DNA of 47,436 nucleotides. It comes from Myxococcota bacterium (lineage in GTDB: Bacteria; Myxococcota_C; UBA6777). Below are positions 20,801 through 27,709 of this stretch, piece after piece. Within the stretch, counting starts at the first letter, position 1, and each line of letters opens with the position of its first letter. A program made the position numbers and the translations under genes. Location of the stretch: contig JAKLKB010000037.1 of assembly GCA_023150835.1 (NCBI GenBank), positions 1 through 47,436 of the forward strand, given 5' to 3'. The notes under the pieces were generated by a model. That model was not told where the DNA came from, made no database searches, and saw nothing but the letters and a program-made list of their open reading frames with translations.

Positions 20801-21374
20801 ACGAAAACGTCCCAAGAATCGAGCGAGACTGCGTCAGATCGCCTCCGCCCAAGCGCTTGGCGATCCCAAAGTCCAGCAACTTCAAACGACCGTCTTGCTT
20901 GACCAACAAGTTCTCAGGCTTGAGATCGCGATGGACGATATTGAAGCTATGGATCCACGCCAGCGCATCGCAGATCTGAAGCATCGTTTGGAGTACAGCC
21001 TCTCGGCGTTCGGGTTGGTTGATATACGCCAACCATGCGGGATCTTGGGGGCTATCGTCGGTGTAGTTTCGCTCCAAAAACCGTTGCCTCAGATGGGCTC
21101 CATTGATGTACTCCATCACAAAATAAAGGCTGTCGTCGTACAGCCCTGATTCGTAGACTTCGACGATATTGGGATGCCGCAAGCGACTCATGGTCATAAA
21201 CTCGCGGCGAAAACGCCGGATTTCCCGTTCGGTCAGCGTCAAAGAAGGCGAAAGCAGCTTGAGTGCGTATTGCCCCCCCGCCTCCATGTCTTCGACGAGG
21301 TACACCACCCCCATCCCACCGCCACCTAGCGACTTCAACACGCGATAATTACCGATCTGCTTCTGCTCGCTCAT
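17847..21374 (-). CDS. Ser/Thr protein kinase fused to AAA/STAND-like ATPase and TPR repeats
   Basis: GGGGMG, HRDLKPEN, DFG, SPE; Walker A GHTGMGKT, Walker B LFFLDD; C-terminal TPR-like helices. Confidence 0.9.
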   Translation of the reverse strand: MSEQKQIGNYRVLKSLGGGGMGVVYLVEDMEAGGQYALKLLSPSLTLTEREIRRFRREFMTMSRLRHPNIVEVYESGLYDDSLYFVMEYINGAHLRQRFLERNYTDDSPQDPAWLAYINQPERREAVLQTMLQICDALAWIHSFNIVHRDLKPENLLVKQDGRLKLLDFGIAKRLGGGDLTQSRSILGTFSYLSPEQALCEDVDGRSDLYALGVILYELLTGRPPFVSAEPIGRIFMHMNKPAPPLRNWNPQLDPRLEEIVLRLLEKDPTNRFQRAEDLRQALEDCMPGHRHASGWLIEAASGERIVTEPSFVGRQQERQLFLEHLEGQRHGAGTLLLLSGHTGMGKTRLAREFLASARAQQIECCTVRCLSDSPPYAAYQELFEQLRTSLMLRDTDLPQRLWGREGDLWFRMMEAPLIGQIKEKEKAQALLDSGGRIENRPSNEDVTLTPTNSGGPEEEKAGLFEAVRLMIARVLETEPLLFFLDDLMYADETSLELTEFLVRSLAHAPSPYRLLLLGTFRSEDVGSDHPLNHLMVRLTPQQLYSIHDLKPLAIEQVSEMVTSMVGLPPAPPTLAQLMIKSQGIPFFVKEWVKAWHEEGLLYEEDTQFYVVQEGKEAEEEGVTRGLLPTAIRNRLARRFERLSTQARGLSEWIAVLDQDVSFEILSEVSGLPEEELLQLLDELIQQKILAEDWATGAERYRFDHPGIREAVYLQLSEEARKRYHLGVAYALQRSSATEGAFELLGHHFLAGGDDLNAAWFLLLAAERQLRAFAHRSTWELLERCQQLFHRHTDAPLFAPASAWWWRYHLAYLELMEAVAQYRQGLEMADYALQSLPTGSDVTPLLRWKATFLREVGNYREALSCVKTALAEETVEEDLRLYLLQEAGRIYRSQGRYGAALEAYREALAWAVSRKLVWEQGRLSGMIGQVLHQRGEFPEAEAYYLQSLEIATQGGDRRGEIEALCKLGTLELDGGDVPASLVRFEKATAFARSLGDRRMECTAMALLGQLQSDRRLFDQAQETLEAALVISQELGDQRTEGELLSWLGVLCYQLDRLEASRLYLEEGIQRAQFVGDRLLELWIRCHLSIVSLREGRQEAEEVLEEMHRILRLSEQMEAMEVVLLCKLVSAHIFRLLQMKRDAYDALVAARYLAGQIGNRRLLAKIEREHYLLNRV

Positions 21375-21479
21375 CCATCTGCCTATGTGCGGTTGTTCTT
21401 GTAGGCAGACCTATCAAAGGGTCGCCCTGCTGCATATGCAGCACTCGTCCGTCTGCCTGAGTGCGGTTATTCTTGTGGG
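21368..21479. repeat. Interrupted direct repeat, 38 bp x2, period 74
   Basis: 21368-21405 versus 21442-21479, 7 mismatches, 36-bp unique spacer. Confidence 0.75.
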
Positions 21480-23245
21480 GTCGGGCTTGGCGCGATAGAA
21501 CGTTGCGGGGTCTTGTCTTTGTTTTCTCTCCTTCTGTCAGACGGTTCTGTCGGCGAAGGCTGTGCGCCCTCTTTGGTTTTCGTCGGCGGTTCTTCGGACA
21601 AAGGCGCTTCGCTGCGCCCGTTTCCATCGGACAGCCCGCCTCCATCGTGGTGTTCGACAAGGCCGTCAGGTGACGGGCCTTCGCTTGTAGGAACAACAGC
21701 ACCATCCAAAAGCGCGCCACCCTCGGCCATTTGACCAACCTGCGGAGCCGTTGGAACCGTCGGATTCGGTGGTTTGGCAGGTTTCGGCTTTTTCAAGTGC
21801 GGCATCCAATCCACGTCGGTCGCCTTCGACCAGATATGCGTCGCAGCCGCCCAATCCGCATCAGAAACCAGCGGCTCCTCCTCGACGGGTGCCAAAAAGA
21901 CGGCAGCCCCAAACAGCCCCGTCAACACGATCATCCCCAAGCCCACCACATACCACCAACGGCGGCTTCCGAGATCCGCCCACACTTCCGCCCACGAACG
22001 CTTGGGCTCGGGATCAGGGATATGATCGTCGCGTTGGAAACGACGGGCGCGCAACGCTCGCTTTTCCGCCTCAAGGTTTTGGATCTGTGCCGCATCGCGT
22101 TGCACCAACGGATGCTCTCCGCCCGAAGGCTCGCGCAAGGAAACACGTTCTCGGCGCTCGGTTTGTGCAAAGTTCAGCCGATAAGAGCCGATGCCCTCTT
22201 CGACAGGCTCTTCTTTTTTTACCTCGATGGCCTGCTTGACCGTTTCGGGCAACGCGATCCCCTCATCCACGAGACTTTGCACAAACCGATCGCGAAACAC
22301 CAACATCGTTTCCGGTCGGTGTTCAGGGTGTTTTGAGAGGCAATCCGCAAGCAACTCCTCGATCCCCTGAGGATAAGTCCCAATCCCCGCAACTTCTGAC
22401 AAAAAGGGTGGGTCCGTAAAGACGTGTTGACTCATGTACTCTGCGGGATTATCTGCTTTAAACAGCGGTCCCCCCGTCAAGATCTCAAACAGGATCACCG
22501 CCAACGAATAGATATCTGTACGTCGATCCAACGGTGTTCCCACGGCTTGTTCTGGAGAAATATAGCGCGGTGTCCCCACCGTCTTTCCGTGCTGTGTGAT
22601 GGCGTTCACTTTGTCTTGGACGATCTTTCCAACCCCAAAATCCAAGATCTTCAATCGCTCAAAGCCTTGAACGGGCTGCAAAATAAAGATGTTTTCGGGC
22701 TTGAGATCGCGGTGCAACACGCCCTCTTCGTGGGCGTAGTGCATCCCCTCACAGATCTGCACAAAGATGTGGCACAACACATCCAACGGCATCTGCCCTT
22801 GGTAAAGCTGAAGGTACACATCCAAGCCACAGCCATGCAAAAGCTCCATCACAAGGTAAAACCCCAGATCATCCTCAAAACCAAACTCGTACACCGAAAC
22901 GATGTTGGGATGACGCAAGCGCTGGAGGATGCGCGCTTCATGATAAAAACGATCGATGTGCAGACTGTCCATCCGTAGCACTGTTTGGAGGATCTTGACC
23001 GCGACACGTTGCATCCGCTGGTGGTGCGTGGCCTCATAGATCACGCCCATCCCACCTTCCGCAAAACGCCGCTCCATCCGCCACTGCCCGCCCACCAAAC
23101 GCCCTATCAACGGATCTTTGGCCTTTTGTGTGGGCTGGACGGGTGTTGATTCCTCGATGATATAATCTCCAGAAGACGAATACTCCGGGCCTTCAGAGAT
23201 GCCAATGTCGTCGTACGATGGATTTTTTGGGTTGCGTCCGTTCAC
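21467..23245 (-). CDS. Membrane-anchored Ser/Thr protein kinase
   Basis: AEGGMG, VAVK, HRDLKPEN, DFG, SPE; one TM helix followed by a Pro-rich tail. Confidence 0.9.
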   Translation of the reverse strand: MNGRNPKNPSYDDIGISEGPEYSSSGDYIIEESTPVQPTQKAKDPLIGRLVGGQWRMERRFAEGGMGVIYEATHHQRMQRVAVKILQTVLRMDSLHIDRFYHEARILQRLRHPNIVSVYEFGFEDDLGFYLVMELLHGCGLDVYLQLYQGQMPLDVLCHIFVQICEGMHYAHEEGVLHRDLKPENIFILQPVQGFERLKILDFGVGKIVQDKVNAITQHGKTVGTPRYISPEQAVGTPLDRRTDIYSLAVILFEILTGGPLFKADNPAEYMSQHVFTDPPFLSEVAGIGTYPQGIEELLADCLSKHPEHRPETMLVFRDRFVQSLVDEGIALPETVKQAIEVKKEEPVEEGIGSYRLNFAQTERRERVSLREPSGGEHPLVQRDAAQIQNLEAEKRALRARRFQRDDHIPDPEPKRSWAEVWADLGSRRWWYVVGLGMIVLTGLFGAAVFLAPVEEEPLVSDADWAAATHIWSKATDVDWMPHLKKPKPAKPPNPTVPTAPQVGQMAEGGALLDGAVVPTSEGPSPDGLVEHHDGGGLSDGNGRSEAPLSEEPPTKTKEGAQPSPTEPSDRRRENKDKTPQRSIAPSPTPQE

Positions 23246-23255
23246 AAAAAACCTC

Positions 23256-23726
23256 TTATTTTCGCTGTCTAGGGGGTTGTGTGGTTTGGCGTGCCTTCTT
23301 GGGGCTTCGGTTTTGGCGCTTTTGGTGGAGCGCGTGGATCATCGCCCCCGGTCGAAAGGCCCCCTCCAGACGCCGCGCAAAGGAAAGTTCCGCACGTTCA
23401 AGTTCTTGAAGCGAAGACTGGATATCCTTGCGTTCAAACAACCATGTCTCGTAGCGCACAAATTCACCTTGAGCCTTTGCCACTTGCAAGCGACCGTAGG
23501 TGCGCCATGTTGCAAGCAACGCCCGACATTGACGGGTCGAAGCACCGCCGCTTTCGGCAGCTTCACGCACCGAACGACAAGCACGCGGTAGTGACCGCAT
23601 CTCCATACAGATCTTGAGCGCCAACTCCCGACACGGCGATTGGCAACCGCTCAAGGTTGACGCTCCCAACCACAACACCACCCACGCCCATCCGCCAAAA
23701 CGGACCGCGCTTCTTTCCTGCGCCAT
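23256..23726 (-). CDS. Hypothetical lipoprotein
   Basis: Lipobox LSGC, several further Cys; ATG after GAGAG; co-oriented with the kinases. Confidence 0.65.
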   Translation of the reverse strand: MAQERSAVRFGGWAWVVLWLGASTLSGCQSPCRELALKICMEMRSLPRACRSVREAAESGGASTRQCRALLATWRTYGRLQVAKAQGEFVRYETWLFERKDIQSSLQELERAELSFARRLEGAFRPGAMIHALHQKRQNRSPKKARQTTQPPRQRK

Positions 23727-23860
23727 CGCACTCTCCTATGCCCCAATGCCGCCAAAACCGATACCCACACAACGCGCCTCGCATCCTAACACCCAAACTG
23801 CCGCCGGTCTAGTCCAATCCTTTCCCATCCTCCCTCGCCTGTCTCCAATGCCTGCGCTCA

Positions 23861-24000
23861 GCCCGCTCCCTCTCCCCTCCAAAGCCCCCACACAACCGAG
23901 CCGATCCCTCGCCCGCTCCCTCTCTCCTCCAAAGCCCCCACACGACCGAGCCGATCCCTCGCCCGCTCCCTCTCTCCTCCAAAGCCCCCACACGACCGAA
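23861..24000. repeat. 50-bp tandem repeat, about 2.8 copies (degenerate units may extend left to about 23730)
   Basis: GCCCGCTCCCTCTC(C/T)CCTCCAAAGCCCCCACAC(A/G)ACCGAGCCGATCCCTC at 23861, 23911 and 23961. Confidence 0.9.
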
Positions 24001-24044
24001 CCAATCAATCACCGCTGCTTCGATCCACACAAGCCTCCCATCCC

Positions 24045-24413
24045 TCAATCCCACGGGCGTTCGTTCGCTTTGATCTCTTGGCGTTCCGCCGCATTTAACC
24101 CCACATGCGTCACCGTATAAGCCGGACATCCCAAGGCTTCGGCGATCTCATGCCCGACCCGCACCAACACATCCTCGGTCTCGCACAATTCGGTGATCAA
24201 GATCAACGCAGGCTCGCCGTCGGGTGCTTCTGTCTTGCTCACCCCAAACGGACGCGCCCACAGATGCAAACGCGCCAAATACGGCTGCCAAAAGGCACGC
24301 GACCGCAAAAATCGCTCCTGTATCAAAACCATCTCTTCTTCCGTACCTTCGGGCAAAAGAAACAAGATCGCTGAAAACATCAACTCTCGCGGATCATTTT
24401 TTCGCAGACTCAT
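24045..24413 (-). CDS. Hypothetical protein
   Basis: ATG 24413 (MSLRKNDPRE); protein-like composition; no motif recognised. Confidence 0.55.
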   Translation of the reverse strand: MSLRKNDPRELMFSAILFLLPEGTEEEMVLIQERFLRSRAFWQPYLARLHLWARPFGVSKTEAPDGEPALILITELCETEDVLVRVGHEIAEALGCPAYTVTHVGLNAAERQEIKANERPWD

Positions 24414-24420
24414 CCGATCT

Positions 24421-24567
24421 CTCGCTTCTACGGCCTCTTCAAACAAGGCCACACCGAACAGGCAACCCACGCTCGCTCGCTTCTTCGGTCTTTACAAACA
24501 AAGCCACACCGAGCAGACCACCTACATATACTCGCTTCTGCGGTCTCTTGAAACGAAGGCCACACCG
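24421..24567. repeat. Degenerate 55-bp-period repeat, 3 copies
   Basis: CTCGCTTCTnCGGyCT..AAAC..GCCACACCG at 24421, 24476 and 24531. Confidence 0.8.
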
Positions 24568-24742
24568 TTGACAACCAGCGCACCGTGCGCAACATCCTCT
24601 CCAAAATGCGCGATGATGCAACACACCGCAGCCAAGGGCAAGCCACAACCCAGCCCACCGACCCACACGCCATAGAAGAGGCGTGTGCTGGAGGCTTCGC
24701 TCACGGCCTCCCTACGCGCAAGTCCAACAAGGAGTCTTTCGG

Positions 24743-25507
24743 ATGATCAAACTGCCCGCACTCTGCGAATACCTTGACGGCTTCCTCCAGATCAAAGCCT
24801 TCCGCGATATCGCGCAAAACGGACTCCAAGTCGAAGGAGCCGAAGAGGTCCGACACATCGCCGTCGCTGTCGACGCCCGCCAACAAACATTCCAACAAGC
24901 TGCCGCTTGCGGAGCGCAACTGTTGATCTGCCATCATGGCCTATTTTGGGGGCGCAGCGAACTTCTTTGCGGAACGCACTATCAACGCATCAAAACGCTC
25001 ATCCACAACGATCTCGGACTATACGCCGCCCATCTCCCCCTTGATGCTCATCTTGAAGTCGGCAACAACGCAGTCCTCGCACGCGCTCTCCAACTCCAAG
25101 ATCTCGAACCTTGGGGCGATTACAAAGGACAGACCATCGGCATACGTGGGCATTTGCCTCGCGCCATCAAAACGACAACGTTTGTCGACCGTGTGGCACA
25201 AACACTCCGCCCCTTCGATGGATTTGCCAAGCTCTTTGGCCAAGGCAAGCCCTCCATCCGCGAGATCGCGATCCTCACAGGCGACGCCGCCATGGATATC
25301 CATCAAGCCGCCCAAGACGGGATCGATCTACTGCTCACAGGAGAGACCAACCACGTTGCAGCTGTCATGGCTCACGAACTCCCCACCTATCTGCTTTGTG
25401 GAGGGCACTACGCGACGGAAGTCTGGGGCGTTCGCGCTCTCGCCGATCACCTCAAAGCCCGCTTTGACCTCCACACCACCTTTTTGCATCTCCCCACCCA
25501 AGTCTGA
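24743..25507 (+). CDS. Nif3-like dinuclear metal centre protein (YbgI family)
   Basis: NGLQVEG, HHGLFW, HLPLDAH..GNN, TGE and GHYATE motifs; RBS AAGGAG. Confidence 0.9.
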   Translation: MIKLPALCEYLDGFLQIKAFRDIAQNGLQVEGAEEVRHIAVAVDARQQTFQQAAACGAQLLICHHGLFWGRSELLCGTHYQRIKTLIHNDLGLYAAHLPLDAHLEVGNNAVLARALQLQDLEPWGDYKGQTIGIRGHLPRAIKTTTFVDRVAQTLRPFDGFAKLFGQGKPSIREIAILTGDAAMDIHQAAQDGIDLLLTGETNHVAAVMAHELPTYLLCGGHYATEVWGVRALADHLKARFDLHTTFLHLPTQV

Positions 25508-25584
25508 AACCTCGCTCAACTCTCCGAATATGCGAACGTTTGGGTTCACACCACCTTTTTGTATCTCCTCACCCAAGTCCAAAA
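25470..25584 (+). repeat. Interrupted direct repeat duplicating the Nif3 3' end, period 75
   Basis: 25470-25509 versus 25545-25584, 40 bp with 5 transitions, 35-bp spacer. Confidence 0.8.
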
Positions 25585-25601
25585 ACCCCAAGGGAATTTC
25601 T

Positions 25602-25630
25602 TTGACAGGTCATGCGTTCTCCGTCATCCT
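25602..25630 (+). promoter_or_regulatory. Putative sigma70-type promoter
   Basis: TTGACA-N17-CATCCT about 80 bp upstream of ATG 25709. Confidence 0.4.
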
Positions 25631-25708
25631 TGCCACACGACGAGGCCAACCCGACCGCGCCAGTCCCCTGAGAATGCTTGTTTTCCTTTGTTTGAGGAGT
25701 AAAGAACC

Positions 25709-26479
25709 ATGTCATCTTGCGCCGTTTTCTCCAAGTTTCGCGACGATCTTTTTCTTTTGTTTGCCCCGTCCTCCCGAGGCTTCCGTCCTTTTGCACTATT
25801 GGCCTTTTCCGCATTAGCCCCCGTGCTTGCGGGATGTTCTGTGAATGTCAAAGGCATCATGTACATCCACAAAGAACCTGTTGCCCGCTATGTCGCCGAA
25901 CAAAAACCAACGGGCAAAGATGCCCTCGTCAAAGAGAAATTCCAAGAAACCCTCAAAGAAGTCCCTGACGGCGAGCGTATCCTTGGCGGCTTTTGCACCA
26001 ACGAAGAGATCGCCAAAGAGATCGAGATGTTGCGCGGGCTTACACAAGCCTGTCATCGCAAGCTCCAAAAGTACCAACAGGACGGCAGCTACAACGGAAA
26101 CGTCTACGTTGGCCTGCTCGCAGGCACGATCGGCGCGGGCCTTTTGACCATCACTGCTGGCGTCCTCGGCGCAATCAAAGCCTTTGGCACAGATTCCGAA
26201 AACATCGGTGGCTGGTTGGTCTTGGGCTTTGGTGTCCCGACGTTGGCGCTTTCGCTGGCCAACAGCATCGGTGGTTTCAACTACCGCTACCGCGAAAACC
26301 ACCGCCAAGCCACACGCCTCGACAACTTGATGTGGACCATGCGCCTGCGCCTTGGTGTCGAAGTCTGCAACGCCCGAAACGTCGAACGCGCTCGCGTCAA
26401 AGTCGCCAACATCCGGCACATGATGGAGATGACCTGCTCGGAAAACTTTAGCGATGATGGAACCTACCGCCCTCGCTAA
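25709..26479 (+). CDS. Lipoprotein with two-TM hairpin (SLATT-like C-terminal half)
   Basis: Lipobox LAGC; two Gly-rich hydrophobic helices followed by FNYRYRENHRQATRL; RBS GAGGAG. Confidence 0.7.
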   Translation: MSSCAVFSKFRDDLFLLFAPSSRGFRPFALLAFSALAPVLAGCSVNVKGIMYIHKEPVARYVAEQKPTGKDALVKEKFQETLKEVPDGERILGGFCTNEEIAKEIEMLRGLTQACHRKLQKYQQDGSYNGNVYVGLLAGTIGAGLLTITAGVLGAIKAFGTDSENIGGWLVLGFGVPTLALSLANSIGGFNYRYRENHRQATRLDNLMWTMRLRLGVEVCNARNVERARVKVANIRHMMEMTCSENFSDDGTYRPR

Positions 26480-26584
26480 AACCCCCGCCTTCTCACCCCG
26501 ACACTCGCCGCCAACGAGTGCTTAGAACGTGTATGGGCGACACCAACTCACGAACTCCCACCTTCTCGCCCCGACACCCGCCGC
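26480..26584. repeat. Interrupted direct repeat, 32 bp x2, period 73
   Basis: 26480-26511 versus 26553-26584, 4 mismatches, 41-bp spacer, starting right after a stop codon. Confidence 0.75.
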
Positions 26585-26684
26585 TCGACCTTGCTTTTGC
26601 CATGACCACGATCCTTGACATTTGCTGCAATGGCCCCATAAGAAAGGGGCCTTTGCAATGGCCTTTGACCAAGGAGACGATACG

Positions 26685-27437
26685 ATGGGTTTCTTGAGCA
26701 ATCTTTTCGGCGGTTCCGAAGAAAGCTTTGTCAAAAAGCATGTGAATCGCATCCTCAACAAATACGCCCAAAAAGAACTCCGCGATGAGTCCTTTCACGC
26801 GCTCGCCCAAAAAGCAACCCCTGCCTCCATCTACGGGCTATTGCAGCGTTTTACCTACGATCATCCTGAAAGCATCGTCGACGAAAACGAAAAGTACAAA
26901 GTCATCGCTTTGCTTGAGTCTCTTGGAGAGGAGAGTGTCGGAGAGCCCCTGCGCCGTTATCTCAAAGAGCAAAACCAAGTATCGATGGCCTTGATCGCTC
27001 TCGAAAGTATCGAAGGCCCCGAAGAAACCGAAGCCGAGATCATGCGGCAACTCGCCCAAGCCGATCCGAGCGATAGCTGGAGTACAGAACGAAAACTCCA
27101 ACTGATCAATCACCTCGATAACTACGACGCGATCGAAGATCCCTCCACCTTGTTTGTTTTTCTTGACGACGTGAACGACGACGTGATCTTTCGTTGCATC
27201 GATATCCTCGAAAAATCACTACAAAAGAGCGAAGAACTCCGCAATCAGATCCGCGAACGGCTGGTCCAACAACTCGCCCACGAAGACACCAGCGCTCGCA
27301 TCCGCGCCCGTATCCTCGACCTTTCGATCCAATGCAAGTGGTACGTCGGCGATCTGCGAAAAGAACTCGAAGAAAAACTCCCCGACGGCTACTTCTTCGA
27401 CAAGCGCGGCCACATCAAGGTCCGCGAACGCTCTTAA
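26685..27437 (+). CDS. HEAT-repeat protein, myxobacterial type
   Basis: MGFLSNLFGG start after AAGGAG; LLQRFT..DENEK, FLDDVNDDVIF helical repeats. Confidence 0.75.
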   Translation: MGFLSNLFGGSEESFVKKHVNRILNKYAQKELRDESFHALAQKATPASIYGLLQRFTYDHPESIVDENEKYKVIALLESLGEESVGEPLRRYLKEQNQVSMALIALESIEGPEETEAEIMRQLAQADPSDSWSTERKLQLINHLDNYDAIEDPSTLFVFLDDVNDDVIFRCIDILEKSLQKSEELRNQIRERLVQQLAHEDTSARIRARILDLSIQCKWYVGDLRKELEEKLPDGYFFDKRGHIKVRERS

Positions 27438-27473
27438 ACACGACCAGAGATCGACAGCGAGCGTTTCTGCTCA

Positions 27474-27709
27474 GACGAAATCCACCCACGTCGTGACCGC
27501 AAAATGTGGGGGCAGCAAGGTGTGATACGAAATCCGCAGGGTGTGTTACCGTAACGGTGTAGGGGCAGACAGGTGTGGCTGCCCAAGAATCGGGCGTCTA
27601 CGCCTATCTTACGATCACACATCGCTCGGATATCGTATAACTGCCCAACCACAGGGCGTCTACAGCGGATGGCACCTACCCTTCGAGTACACTTCTCTCG
27701 GATATCGTC
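27474..27709 (+). mobile_element. Older MITE-like family 1 element interrupted by a second copy
   Basis: TCA|GACGAAATCCA...GGGGCAGCAAGGTG [insert] CTGCCC...CGGATATCGTC|TCA; right TCA is the GGDEF-EAL stop codon. Confidence 0.75.
27526..27637 (+). mobile_element. MITE-like family 1 element (nested)
   Basis: TGA|TACGAAATCCG...GTAGGGGCAGACAGGTGTGGCTGCCC...CGGATATCGTA|TAA. Confidence 0.85.

Noticed and set aside
24421-24567. Degenerate CRISPR array
   Set aside because: Linkers are only about 19 bp and partly similar to each other, and the repeats are diverged; more like an old tandem repeat.
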